Assembly (NCBI RefSeq): GCF_963676685.1
Contig: NC_092349.1
Coordinates: 75,906,473 to 75,970,472, forward strand
Origin: Mytilus edulis
Lineage: Eukaryota
Reading direction: 5' to 3'
Length of the DNA: 64,000 nt
Part shown: piece after piece, positions 1 through 12,614 of the stretch
How positions within the stretch are numbered: the stretch's first letter is position 1
How the letters are laid out: every line of letters starts with the position of its first letter
Translations under genes and position numbers: made by a program
The notes under the pieces: model-generated
What the model was told of the DNA's origin: nothing
The model's database searches: none
What the model saw: only the letters and a program-made list of their open reading frames with translations

Positions 1-235
1 AAACGACAGAGATTTTTATGAAAGGTATTGTTTTAGTTCCTCGTTGGAGCATTACACAAATGAAAAAAACTGACCAATCTACTACTAACACTCAGGATGG
101 TTTAGTTTTTAAATCATAATAATGAAATACAACTAACCAATGTCTGATGTACTGTACTATGTGCATTTTTTTTCTCTATTTTTATTATCAGGTTTTTTTA
201 ATAGTGGTGTTTAGCGCATGACAGTGATACAATAC

Positions 236-631
236 AATAGACCACTTTCGAGTTCATCCGTCACCGGAAAAAACTCGTCAATTATACGCGCCTTTATCAT
301 CGTCATTTGTGCGTTTGGGGGCGTCGTCACTTCCTTCCAATGTTGAGCGAGTGGTTGGGAAACTATAATTCTATATTGTACGAATTATTCGGCAAATTGA
401 ATTCTAAAAATTGACAATCAACACTGCTGTCATTAGGGAAATGTCAGTAAGTACCTACAGAGCAACCATTATTTCTAGTTTATCCTGCACAAAGACGATC
501 ACTAAGACGCTTGATGAACGTAAATAGTGCAGGGATACAGGCGAGCCCCTCTATCTGGTAAATGACGTCATAAAGGCGTGTATAATTGACGAGTTTTTGC
601 CGGTGACGGATGAACTCGAAAGTGGTCTATT
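236..631. mobile_element. Foldback/MITE-like element with ~65-bp terminal inverted repeats
   Basis: 236-300 (aatagaccactttcgagttcatccgtcaccggaaaaaactcgtcaattatacgcgcctttat) is the reverse complement of 565-631. The TIRs contain the palindrome aTGACGTCAt. There is no coding capacity. Confidence 0.8.
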
Positions 632-3082
632 AGGAGGAGTATAATATTGTTCAAAGGTCTCCAATCAATATTATTATGTGAACTGAATTTTACAAAAGAA
701 AGTAAAACTTACTCAACTTTCAATTATATTATAAAGTCGTTGTTCATTTATACCGGTCAATTTCGGGAAGCACTTGTCATTTCCTAAATATAAACAGACG
801 TTTAAGCTTATTACTAAATATGGATTGAAAAGCAATTAATGGTAATGATTTTAGTCACTGACGCTAAAAGTAAAAGTAATAGACGTCAATCTTCTTAGAC
901 GAACTAAACAAAGTGCCATCTTGGGATCTGAAATCTCCATTTCATTTTAAGCTTTAATGAAATAAGCCAAACAGTTATCATAGCTGATGTGATCCTCAAA
1001 CGATATGTGTCAGTGACTCAGCAATTTCACAAATTTAACAATGTCTGACATGAAAAAAAGAAACGCGTTGCTTTAGTTACGCACTTCCAAACAACATAAC
1101 AAATATAAAATTGTAATACGCAATACGTTTAATTACCCATGAATAGCGTCAAGCGTCTTAAAGTTACAAAAGTATAACACTTTACGTAGCCAGTCTTCAT
1201 CGTCTGAACACTATACAATATGTATATTGGAAAATAAAACGCAATAATGGAAAATAAAAATAAACATGCATTTAAAATTTAAAATTATAACAATAATGAT
1301 AGTTACTAAGTAAGTATAAACAACATTCATTTTTTAAAACAGTCACAACTCAAAACCAATCTAATGCAGCGAGACAGGTCTAATTGTGCATTTGGAGGTA
1401 TTAAACTCGGTCAGGACTCTGTTGTTTAAATTTTGGTAAAATATCATTTACCTAGGATACTTTAAATATAGTAATCTAAGTTTTAAAAACAAAGTAACTG
1501 TATTTAAACAAGAAGATGTGGCGTTATTGCCAATGAGACAACTCTCCACCAGAGACTAACAAAATTAAATGACATATCAGTGACATCGCCCTTATTATTT
1601 ATTGTGTATAAGTGTGTAGGTTATTTTTCGTCCTAAAGTTATATTTCAACCCCTTTGTCAAACCTTTTGTTCAATTATCTAGTTTAACCTAGCTATGTAC
1701 CTTGGTCAAAATTTTGATTAACTACTGAATACTATTCCCGGTTCCTTCAGGATGACGAAAAAGGCAGGGAATTTAATAACAAGTTTGATACAACATGTAC
1801 AACATATGCTACGTTTTCTGCGACCACCAACCACTAAAAACTTATTATTATACTGTATAGTTCACGCTATCCCTTTTCCTTCGGCCGTCAAGCTATTCGT
1901 TCATATTTATACCTTCGCCTGACCATCGAATGATCATCTTGTATTGTACCAAGTCAGGAATATGACAGTTGACCATCCTATCTGTTTGCCGCAAGATTGC
2001 AGAAAACTTTGACCATTTTATATGTTTGCCAGAACATTGCCAGAATTACACAATATTGACTGGGCATGCCTAGTTGGCACTTCATCATCACGGAAGCTAA
2101 CAATTTGAAATTGTGGCTAGGTCATGTTGGTTGTGTTTGGAAAATGCATTTCACAAATAAGAGATCACTTAGGAGGCATTTTGGTTCAATAATATAGGAT
2201 ATTCCGTATGTAATTTTGTAAGTACAAATAGTTCATAGAACTGCATGTTTTAAAAAAAATATTAATGTCATCATCATACATAATTAAGTAAGCAACTATA
2301 TTATACATGCATGTGTGTTTGAAAAACTATTATAAGTTTGAATTTAGTAACTGATGTACTGTACCATGTTTATTAAAATTAAGTTCAATTCTGTAATGCA
2401 ATTATTATACCTAGCTTTATACTCAATACACATTTGAGATTTATCTTTTTTCATTTCTTAATACAGGTACAGTGATGTCATTTGAGAATGACCCCTGCCC
2501 CTTTTTCAAAACTCAAATGCATGTATGTATTTCCTTAAATCTCATAAGTTTGCAAGAATTTGTTCAAAAACTGTTTGCATACAGGCAGGAAATGACGTTT
2601 TAAAAATGTTGCTGTGTAATTTGAAAAAAATAAATTGAATGTGTCTACACACATGACATTGGTATATGTGTAGTTCCTGCAAGTTTGCCGCAAGTTTGCA
2701 ACAAACAATTGCCGCAAGCTTGCGGCAAATCTAAGTTGCATAATTACGTTTCGCCGGTAAGGGAAGTGCACCTACCTATCAATAAATGACCAATCCTGCC
2801 AATTGAGCGTGGAAATAAGATTACTAATTTGAATAGTGTTTTAAAGATGTTGATATTGTTTGATTTTTCTGCTCATTGTTGAAGGTCGTACGTTTTCCTT
2901 TGTTCTTTGGTGTGTAAATGAACTGATTCCATTCATGGCCAATCCTGCTGCGCCTCCTTATATACATGTACCACATTTTCTTATTTCTTTATATAGTAAT
3001 AGACGTATTTACACTTGTATGCAAATTTGTCCGCCATTACGTAAAATCACACAGGTTCCCGTAAACTTTGACATCATAATTT

Positions 3083-3130
3083 AAAATATTTGACGTCACA
3101 ATTTAAAAGTGATTGTTACTTGACGTCAAA
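3083..3130. promoter_or_regulatory. Cluster of three CRE-like palindromes (TGACGTCA) about 1.8 kb upstream of the PARP4-like start codon
   Basis: tttgacgtcacaa (3091-3103) and ttgacgtcaaaa (3119-3130), plus the degenerate tttgacatcataa (3066-3078). Function is speculative. The same palindrome occurs inside the foldback TE family, so these may be TE-derived. Confidence 0.2.
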
Positions 3131-4943
3131 AGGTGATTCGGAGTAGATCTAAGGTCATTCGGAGGCAAGATTCAGCTAAATACCAAAAGTGTAAATACGT
3201 TTATTGGTACAATTTATATTTATTAATATTATTTGATAACATTAATTTCGTCCTCTTCTTTAAGGTTACATATCGACACATTTTACATCAGTGTTTTAAA
3301 CATCTTTCCTTTTCAATTTTAAACTAAGGTGAATTAAGTCAATTTGCTTTTGTTGAGGCTGAGACTACTATAACAGTATAGCGCTAGTAGTCTCAGGTTG
3401 AGGCAAGCATCTTTTTTTTTGCCTCTCGAAATTTCAATATGATACTTATGTCTAGTAGAAGAATCTAACACGATTCTACTGACATTTGATTTTATAAGTG
3501 CTAAAGTAAGACACGCTTTTATGAAAGCTAATAACTGAAGTAATCAATGGTCCGGATTTGTATCAGTCCGTATTTGATGTAAATTTACAGCTTTTCAATT
3601 ACTTCCTGGTATAAAAATAAACAAACACTATTTTTGCGAACAGCAAAAAACTTGTAAAATATGTATTTGAAAGTCTTTATAAGTTAGAGACACCTAAAAA
3701 TTTAACGTCATGGTTTGACAGAATAGTTGAGAAATACTGCTGTATGCTGTCATTCGTGTCAACAGAATATTTTTACTGTAAGTTTAGTATTTAGTGGGTT
3801 GTGAATGTTCATCAAGAACCTTGATGATCCTTGATGTCTTGGGAGGGGGCACCATGGAAACAAAATTAAATGATTGTCTAGATATGTATATTTATGTGGG
3901 TTGTGGTAGGGATGGGTTTGGTGGCAGACTTTTTTCAAAATAAATTGTGTGTTTCCATTGAAAATAAGGGGAAAAACAAATACAATCATGACAATCTACA
4001 TTGTACAAAAATGTGTATTGTAAATTGGCATTTAGTTTTAAAAAAAATGTTGCTGTATGTGAGTGAGAAAAAAGTATGCAGTGCACTTGTTGAATAAAGA
4101 ATAAAAATGCTATTCCAATAGCCATGATAGCATGAATAGAAAATAACTTTTATAGCTGACTATGCGGTATGGGTTTTGCTCATTGCTGAAGGCCATACAG
4201 TGACCTACCTACATGTAAAGTTCTGTGTGATTTGGTCCCTTGTGGAGAACTGTCTGATTAATAATCATACCACATCTTCTTACTTTTTTATATATACAGA
4301 TATATCATGTTTTAATTGTTAATTGTTAGACATTTTGATTTTATGACCATGATGACCTTGATAGACTGAATTTATCTTGTCAGTCTGTCACACTCTTGGA
4401 TTCCAGATGATCAAAAGATAAATGCTTTTTGAAATATATTGAAATTTGAATGGAATGATATGGCTAATAACATACTAAAGCCATGAATGCCATGTTACAT
4501 TGTAAGTTTGATTTTTTGTTGTTTTCACTTTTACTGTTTCAGACATTCAGAGTTGTAACATTGCAATTTGTTTTGTTTTCTAATAATAAATGTATTACCT
4601 CTTTTTGAAATTTATTTACATTTTAATGGAATGGTTTTTTTTACCATTCAAGACAATTAGATTTGATTTTTTTAATTTTCACTTTTACTGTTCCAATGGT
4701 ACAAATGTGCTTGATTGTTGAAAAAAACACCAGTACCGATATTTTTTTTCCCTTTCAAATTTGAAATAAGTAAATAATTGCTGTTTGTTTTGTTTGTTTG
4801 TCTAAACAGTAGCATTCAGTTGAACTCCTGGTCAAAATGTAATCTAGAAAGGACAACATTTTGATAAGGATTGATTCTATGGTCATCATTGCATTCCACT
4901 GTTTTCATCATATTTGCAGGTGTGTAAATCTGAAAATCAAGCC

Positions 4944-5081
4944 ATGGGAGAGTTAGGTTTGTTCCATAACAATACAGTAGTGTTACAACTGCCATCTTCA
5001 ATGTCATTCAAGGAGAAAATGTCTTGGAAGAAGAAAATTACTTCAAATGGAGGAACTCTGTCATATATTGTAACTAAAAAG
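4944..5081 (+). CDS. PARP4: PARP4-like exon 1 (ATG start; BRCT domain N-terminal half)
   Basis: ATG at 4944 in aagccATGG context. Translation MGELGLFHNNTVVLQLPSSMSFKEKMSWKKKITSNGGTLSYIVTKK resembles the human PARP4 N-terminus (MVMGIFANC...KKKLQTDIKENGGKFSFSLN). Donor aag|gttaga. Acceptor tttgcag at 4912-4917 implies an upstream non-coding exon. Confidence 0.55.
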
Positions 5082-5361
5082 GTTAGAATTAACTTGAATA
5101 ATTGTGTTTTCTTAATGATTCCTGTTTATGAAATCAGTTTGTTAAATGTCCTTTGAAATTTCAACAAGTTGTTTTTATACAACCACCAAAAATTTGCATT
5201 CATATAATGCTATTAAAATTATTGCATTGTAATTTGCAAAGATCATGTAACATCCATCAACTTTATGAGAACTTTAGACAAAATGAAAGTTATTAAACAC
5301 TCCCATATAGTAGTGGTATGACAGTTGTCTATTTTACAATAATTATTTGTTTTCATTTTAG

Positions 5362-5560
5362 GTATCATTTGTTGTCGTGTTTGAAGACATAGTTGAGAAG
5401 TCAAGTTACAAAATCCGACAATGTCAGAAATATCACATTCCCTTGGTTCAGAGCCTGTATGTTGATGACTGCCTGTCACAGAATAAAATTCTTACAAAAA
5501 TCAAATATATAGTCAGTGGACTACCAGAGAATGATAACTTCAAGAAAGGAAAAATAGTTG
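5362..5560 (+). CDS. PARP4: PARP4-like exon 2 (BRCT C-terminal half)
   Basis: Acceptor ttttag|gta, donor g|gtatgt. Translation VSFVVVFEDIVEKSSYKIRQCQKYHIPLVQSLYVDDCLSQNKIL... Phase 0 in, phase 1 out, consistent with its neighbours. Confidence 0.55.
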
Positions 5561-6015
5561 GTATGTTGAATGCATTGGAAATTATATTGATGTAGGATGG
5601 TTGTGTTGTTCTGTCATTATAAAAATAAATCAAGCATGAGAAATGTCATAAAGCAATTCATTTTTGTTAAAGTGAATTTCAAATAAGATGCAGCTTGAGA
5701 ACTGTAAGCTGTCCGAGGTTGAATCTGTGTATTTTCGTCTCAATATTTAAAGACAGGACTAACGGTTTAGCATGTTTAAGTCATGACGTAATAATTGATA
5801 CGAGGATGAAGTCCTCATGAAATAACTGTGAGTAGAAAAAAATCAATATAGGAATCAATATACTAATGAACTCAAAACCGTCAACCTTTTTCCCAACAGT
5901 TGCACTTGCACATTACCTTATTCCTGTTCTAATGATGAATGCTGCCATTTTATAAGTCAAAAGATTTTTTTGAAAATATTTATATCTGATTACTAAAATG
6001 AAAAATGGCTTTCAG

Positions 6016-6161
6016 GTAAAAATCCACAAGGTTTGATCAAAAGAAAGAAGAAAAAGATACAAGTAAACCTGAATAACACGAAATGTTGGACATATACAGA
6101 TCCAGGGGCTCCTTATGATCCAGATATTCCTTATGTCCTTGCTAAATGGACTTTACTAAAG
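6016..6161 (+). CDS. PARP4: PARP4-like exon 3
   Basis: Acceptor tttcag|gt, donor aag|gtatgt. Translation ...KCWTYTDPGAPYDPDIPYVLAKWTLLK resembles human KNYDPYKPLDITPP. Phase matches exon 2. Confidence 0.5.
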
Positions 6162-6598
6162 GTATGTACTAGTATACATTGCTTACTTTATATGTCTAAA
6201 ATGGCAATTATTTAGTCAAATAAATAAATGTTCAATATATTTAATTATGAAATCAAGTTTTTATTGCTATTATCTAATGTACAGTAGGCTAAGGGTGGTT
6301 TAAAGTTTTTTTAAGTTAGAATTATAGCATACTCAAAGTTGAAAAATATTGAGGATTTTACATGAAGTTTAATTTGATTATCAATCACAGTGATTTTAAT
6401 ATTACTTTTAACAAATGACAAGTTTGAATGACATAATGTACAACCAACACATCACTGAGAAAGTTGAGGAAAAAAGTAAAACTAAATTTACATAAAGCAA
6501 ATTTACTGATTTATAAACTATTAATTTAAAAAAAAAGTAGAAGAATGGGGTTATATAAATTAATGAAGTCGATTATAATTAATGCATTGTCTTTACAG

Positions 6599-6694
6599 AA
6601 CAAAAACAAAGTACAGATAATGGAGATCCATGTATTAACTGACGAAGATGTGTTTAGACTTCACAGTCAGGCAGGATCTATTGATGAGCAGAAG
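6599..6694 (+). CDS. PARP4: PARP4-like exon 4 (linker region)
   Basis: ctttacag|aac ... cagaag|gtgaga. 96 nt, phase 0-0, open frame NKNKVQIMEIHVLTDEDVFRLHSQAGSIDEQK. Supported by phase consistency only; homology is weak. Confidence 0.35.
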
Positions 6695-7532
6695 GTGAGA
6701 GGTCAATTTTGAGGTTTGATAGTTGACTATTTTGAATATCATTAATCCATAATGAAGCTGTCCAAAAAAAAAGATACATTGAGAAATAGATTGTTTTGAA
6801 TAACATTAATCCATTGTTAAAAAAAAAAAAAACATCTAAAAATAGATTGTTTTGAATAAAATTAATCCATATGTCATTTCTGGAATAATGTTTTTACAAA
6901 AAAAAGAATGTCAATTTTGCATGCTTTTATGACGTCATTTACCAGATAGAAGGCTCGCCTGTATCTCTGCTCTATTAAAAGTTTCCAGCACTTCTATAGG
7001 GTAGAAAAGAAATAATATATGTTCCATAAGTACATAATCTTGATTCCCGTATGACTGAGGGAGGATGGCCACCTTTAATATTAGATTATAATTGCCCAAA
7101 TATTTTATGCAGTGTAAAATCAAACTTTTTCAGCTGTTTGCTCAACATGTGTTTGAAGTGAGGATGCCTACAATTTGCACACATGATGATGAAACTCACA
7201 TGACATATTTTACTAAAAAATATATATCCGGAACATGCATATTGTCCAAAAAAATCTTTTCAGGTCAAAATTATTATTTTACATTTTTCCACATTGAAAC
7301 ATAATTTTTAGGTATCAGCTAAAGAAACATTAAAATTGAGAATGGAAATGGGGAATGTGTCAAAGAGACAACAACCTGACCATATGTATCAGCTAAAGAA
7401 ACATTAAAATTGAGAATGGAAATGGGGAATGTGTCAAAGAGACAACAACCTGACCATATAACAGACAACAGCAGAATGTCACCATTGAATACTGAAGCTC
7501 TTTGGTATTAGTTTTAGTTTTTCTCTTTTCAG

Positions 7533-7703
7533 AACATAGTTAGTACGTCAGATCCTAGCGTTTGGTATTTAGACACAGCAGCAGAAGGATTGAGTGGGTA
7601 TGAACAGCTATATCAACGGTACACTACAGCACCATACAGCATGTTACCATGGGTACAGCCTGCATTTTCCAGTAATAAATTAGGGTCACCAAGAGCCAGA
7701 ATG
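7533..7703 (+). CDS. PARP4: PARP4-like exon 5 (linker region)
   Basis: ttctcttttcag|aac ... agaatg|gtattt. 171 nt, phase 0-0, open frame NIVSTSDPSVWYLDTAAEGLSGYEQLYQRYTTAPYSMLPWVQPAFSSNKLGSPRARM. Low-homology linker region. Confidence 0.3.
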
Positions 7704-8056
7704 GTATTTTGTTTACTATTGAAATAAACTCCTTTTTTTAATAAAATATGAGTAGCAAATGGACATAATCAATTACATTTAATGATAACCTTGTGTGTTG
7801 ATTTATATATGCACTATTTGATACCTAGGATGGCAGTTCATGCATATGACTTCTTTTATACATAGAAAATAATAAGTAATCTATTATATTAAATAGACAG
7901 TTTTTACAAATAACAAAATTTTAATAAAATATTTCTTTATGTCTAATTCATTTTTCTAACTTTGCAATATAATGGGAAGTAGCTCTGATAAAGTCATTTT
8001 TCAATATTATTGTTCAAGAAATTATCAAATTTTACCTCTAGTTTTTATCTTTTCAG

Positions 8057-8194
8057 ATATTATCAGAACTATGTAACACATCAATAGAGATATCTGAACC
8101 TGTTGGACAGCTAGTAGAACTGATCTGGTCTGATGCACTTAAAAATGCAGAGAATGAGTTATCTTCTCCTCCCCAGCTTACTAAGCTATCTAAG
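8057..8194 (+). CDS. PARP4: PARP4-like exon 6
   Basis: ttttcag|ata ... tctaag|gtaaac. Translation ILSELCNTSIEISEPVGQLVELIWSDALKNAENELSSPPQLTKLSK aligns to human LSQEVSDLVEMIWAEALGHLEHMLLKPVN. Confidence 0.6.
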
Positions 8195-8550
8195 GTAAAC
8201 TTTGTTTGGCCTAGAATTAGAAATTTAGAATATAAAACTAGTCAAATGAACTTTACAGTCAATATTTATATGAAAATATCTGTATTAAATACAATTTGTA
8301 AAATAAATGGAATTTGTAGAATCCAAACAATTGAAACATACTGTAAATTCAGAAATTATTGCAGACATTTATTATTGTGAAATTGTCATTGTAGACTAAA
8401 ATGTGATCACAACTTTTGCAATATTGTAAAAAGTCCTGTTTAATTCTTATACAAAAATTCCAAAATGCGAGTTGAAATTATTGCAATTATAGCCCTTTGA
8501 CATTTTTATATATATGTTTTTGACCCGTCCGTCCGTCAGTCCTGTTTCTT

Positions 8551-9490
8551 GTCATCGCAACTCCTCTCAAACCACACAACAGAATTTCACGAAAACCTTT
8601 TCAGATAATAAGGACATACTATGTAGTTGTGCATATCGACGGGAAATTGCGATTCAATTTTTTTTTCTAGGAGTTACGCCCCTTTGAACTTATTTACTTA
8701 AATGTACTACTGCAACAGTTTGTCATCGCAACTCCTCTCAAACCACACAACAGAATTTCACGAAACCTTTTCAGATAATAAGGACATACTATGTAGTTGT
8801 GCATATCGACGGGAAATTGCGATTCAATTTTTTTTCTAGGAGTTACGCCCCTTTGAACTTATTTACTTTAATGTACTACTGCAACAGTTTGTCATCGCAA
8901 CTCCTCTCAAACCAGACAACAGAATTTCACGAAGCCTTTTCAGATAATAAGGACATACTATGTAGTTGTGCATATCGACGGGAAATTGCGATTCAATTTT
9001 TTTTCTAGGAGTTACGCCCCTTTGAACTTATTTACTTTAATGTACTACTGCAACAGTTTGTCATCGCAACTCCTCTCAAACCAGACAACAGAATTTCACG
9101 AAGCCTTTTCAGATAATAAGGACATACTATGTAGTTGTGCATATCGACGGGAAATTGCGATTCAATTTTTTTTCTAGGAGTTACGCCCCTTTGAACTTAT
9201 TTACTTAAATGTACTACTGCAACAGTTTGTCATCACAACTCCTCTCAAACCACACAACAGAATTTCATGAAACTTTGTAGATAATGAAGACATACTATGT
9301 AGATGTGCATATCAACAGGAAATTACGGTTCAATTTTTTTTCGAGGAGTTATGCCCCTTTGAACTTATTTGCTTCAATGTACTTCTGCAACAGTTTGTCA
9401 TCTCAACTCCTCTGAAAACACACAACAGAATTTCATGAAATTTTGTAGATAATAAGGACATACTATGTATATTGACAGGAAATTATTATT
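8551..9490. repeat. 169-bp tandem minisatellite, ~5.5 copies, in a PARP4-like intron
   Basis: The unit starts gtcatcgcaactcctctcaaacca(c/g)acaacagaatttcacgaa. Identical six-frame ORFs at 8799 and 8968 (offset 169). The last two copies are more diverged. Confidence 0.85.
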
Positions 9491-9915
9491 CAATATTTTT
9501 TCTTATACAATTTTTTTTTCTTATACTTATTTAATTTCTCCAATGACAATGTGGGGACGTGGGGTATGTGAGCGTGCTCACTAAGGTTCTTTAATTCACA
9601 ATGATAAAAACATTGCAATAATTTATGAATTTACCAATTTTATCCAAAATATCCAACATCTGGATGAATATCCAGAATCCAATAAATACAGAAACTTAGT
9701 TATCATAGTGACCATTCTGTTTTCCCTTTTCATTTAATGCCAAAAAACATGATCATAACATCCAATAATTGTACTATGGATTTCATTCATTTTTTGTGGA
9801 GAACAATTTTTCCTGATTGAGGGATATTAACATTTCAAGGATAACTTATTTTTTGGATTTGCACAAGTTTGCCTAGGGAAAATTTGCAATTCCTTAAACA
9901 TTTAAATATGTTAAG

Positions 9916-10009
9916 GTTCAACTTTACTGATTTAATCAATGATAATTGGTCTCCCATGATTGATGATGAATCCACAGTAGTTTTATCTGCTATTTTAAAA
10001 GATGAAAAG
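9916..10009 (+). CDS. PARP4: PARP4-like exon 7 (acceptor unresolved)
   Basis: Donor gatgaaaag|gtaattt is clear. Frame reads ...SPMIDDESTVVLSAILKDEK (human ...ILLLVKAALKNGE). None of the AG acceptors at 9867, 9876, 9915 or 9977 gives phase 0 as required by exon 6, so the 5' boundary is uncertain. Confidence 0.3.
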
Positions 10010-10171
10010 GTAATTTGAGTAATGATAAAATAATAAAAATTGAGAATGGAAATGGGGAATATGCCAAAGAGACAACAACCCGACCATAGAGTAGATAATA
10101 GCTGAAGGCCACCAAGTTCATTAATTATATTGTTGCTATCATTAATTGAGGTCACTGTGACTGTATTATAG

Positions 10172-10351
10172 GTTGAGGAAGCAGAAGCAGTGCTGTATCA
10201 GTTAAAGGAGTTGTATAAAACAAGAAGGGTTGACAGTGAGAAATGTTCAGAACTGACCAAAGAGTTTTACAAAGCTATACCTCATAACAGGTCGAACAGG
10301 AAGGACAAACTCAGTGTCTCAGATATATCGGCTAAACAGGATCTTTGTCAG
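10172..10351 (+). CDS. PARP4: PARP4-like exon 8
   Basis: tattatag|gtt ... tgtcag|gtattt. Translation VEEAEAVLYQLKELYKTRRVDSEKCSELTKEFYKAIPHNRSNRKDKLSVSDISAKQDLCQ matches human TAEQLQKMMTEFYRLIPHKGTMPKEVNLGLLAKKADLCQ. Confidence 0.7.
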
Positions 10352-10774
10352 GTATTTTGTTTAAAATTTTAATTTGCATTTTTTATATAGATATAAGGAG
10401 ATGATGTATGAGTGCCAATGAGAAAACTCTCCATCCATGTCACAATTTGTAAAAGTAAACCATTTTAGGTCAAAGTAGTTTCAACACAGAGCCTTGGTTC
10501 ACACCGACAGCAAGCTAAAAAAGGCCTTAAAAATTACTAGTGCAATTTACATGATTGCCAATGAGACGACTCTCCACAAGATTTACATGATTTATATGAT
10601 GTTGTAGTAGAAAATTTTTAAGATTTTCACTGTGTTCCAAAAGTTTGTGTAACATATATTTGTTCTTTTCAATCTTAATTTTTATCAATGAACTCAGGTT
10701 CTGTTTTAAAAGAGAAGGGAAAGATACCAAAGGGATATTCAAATTCATAAGTTGATATTAAACTGACAACACAA

Positions 10775-11089
10775 TTGCTAAACAAGAAAAAGACCAACAG
10801 ACAAACAGACAAACAACAGTACACAAAACACAACAGAAAGGCCAATTTAGTACATGATGTATATTGTGCATGTGGGTACACTAGTGAAAGTGTTGAACAC
10901 TATTTATTATATTGTAATAAATTTGCATCGCAAAGAAATGTTATGCTTACTGAACTGACCCACTTAGACATTCCTGTTACAATTGATTTGTTATTGTTTG
11001 GTAATGACAACTTAGATACAAAAGACAATTTTGTAATATTTTCTGCTGTACATAAATATATAAAAGAAACTCAACGTTTCTCACTCTGA
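10775..11089 (+). mobile_element. 5'-truncated LINE fragment (ORF2 C-terminal zinc-finger-like domain only)
   Basis: ORF 10775..11089 contains VYCACGYTSESVEHYLLYCNKFASQRNVML. This is the same C..C..H..C module as the ORF2 C-terminus of the full LINE (CLRCTSGEVEDEVHFLFKCDTHLLKREEM). Confidence 0.5.
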
Positions 11090-12107
11090 TAACAACCTTG
11101 CTGGTTATTGTTTTATTTACTAGTCTACAGTACAGACGATGCATTGTTCGAATGATCGATTTGTTGTTCATAACGGTTAACATAATGTTTCGCCTCAATG
11201 GATTTCAATTATTGAAGTTAATACAAAAACGATACTTACATTAAATCTATGTTCTTGTCATCCCTTTATCCGCATTTTTAAAGTCAGAATTTAATGTCTG
11301 TATCACAATTATATATATTCACAATATTGCATGTTACTTATACAACTTATACAGGTAAATATTATAGAAAGTCATTGATAAACACACTAGTAACAGTTGG
11401 TGTTTTCCCTTTAGACCGATCGTTTGGGTGTGTTTGATTATTCAAAATAAGAACGTTTGATATCCATTGAGCCGTTTCTATTTTTTTTTGTGTATAAATA
11501 TTATAATAACAATAGTTGTGATTTATTTAATTATTTTTCATGCCTTCATGCTTATTAGAAAAATACAAATTTATGTAATGTGCTATATAAATATAATGTA
11601 TATTCATGTATATTATGGAGAAGACGGAACTAAGTTGAAAAACTTGTGTCTAATCCATTTGTTTTGAACAATAAAATATGTTTAAACTAAACAACAGAAA
11701 ACCCCACATGGTGATATCAGGTGCTCTATAGGGGTAAATCACAAACAAACTGAAAGCTCAGTCTTTTCTGTTTTTATTTGGCTCATTTGAAATTTTAATT
11801 TGATAAGGCCACAGTGGTACATTACTTTCATGTCTCTGATAAGCATGGAACTTATAATTATAAGTGAATATAAAGCTAATGATGGTTAAATATGAAAAAG
11901 AAGATGTGGTGTGATTGCCAATGAGACAACTCTTCACATGAGACCAAATGACAAAGCAATTAACCACTATAGATCACCTTACGGCCTTCAACAATGAGCA
12001 ATGAAGACTTAACTGTTAACCTTTTAAAAACAATGTTCTTTCAAAACCACTGATTGGCCATGTTTTGTTTTTTTATTTCAGCTTATTAGACTTTTTTTTT
12101 ATTTCAG

Positions 12108-12268
12108 CTTATAAGAGATATAATTAGTGTTGGAGAAGCTACAGATTGGTCTGATGATGCTACAACTGTTGCCAAATATAAAGCTTTGAAATGCCATGTG
12201 ACACAGCTTGATCCATCCACTGATGAATTTGATCATGTGACCAAATTAGTGAAATCAACTTCAGAAAA
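12108..12268 (+). CDS. PARP4: PARP4-like exon 9
   Basis: atttcag|ctt ... gaaaa|gtaaga. Translation LIRDIISVGEATDWSDDATTVAKYKALKCHVTQLDPSTDEFDHVTKLVKSTSEK matches human LIRDMVNVCETNLSKPNPPSLAKYRALRCKIEHVEQNTEEFLRVRKEV. Confidence 0.7.
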
Positions 12269-12614
12269 GTAAGATGTGTTTATAAAAGATTACAAATTAA
12301 ATGTCAAGGAATTTTTTTATATTTCACTTGTACCAATTACGTACAGGGTTAGTAGATTAATGCATACAAGTGTGCTGATATACCATTAAAAACTTAAAAC
12401 CAATAAACATAAGTAGAGGCTTTTCCAAAAAGGTGTTTTCAATTTCTATACTCTTAAAAGTCTTTGTGAAATATTTTTGAGGTATTTTTCATTAGGTATT
12501 GGAGATAAATTCTGAATGCTAGTAAAAAATCAGTTTTATTGCATTTAAAAATTCCATTTGTCTACTGATTAACAAATAGCAAAAGGAGGCAGCATTAAGA
12601 TGCTTGAAAAATCA

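Noticed and set aside
2640-2760. Repeated GCCGCAAG motifs (tgtttgccgcaagtttgcaacaaacaattgccgcaagcttgcggcaaatc), also at 1975-2050
   Set aside because: Short local inverted and direct repeats of unclear nature, possibly a TE fragment. They sit too far (>2 kb) upstream of the first coding exon, and I have no upstream exon evidence to call a promoter.
8799-9177. Twin 69-aa ORFs (MHIDGKLRFNFF...)
   Set aside because: Identical because they lie in consecutive 169-bp minisatellite units. Non-coding repeat.
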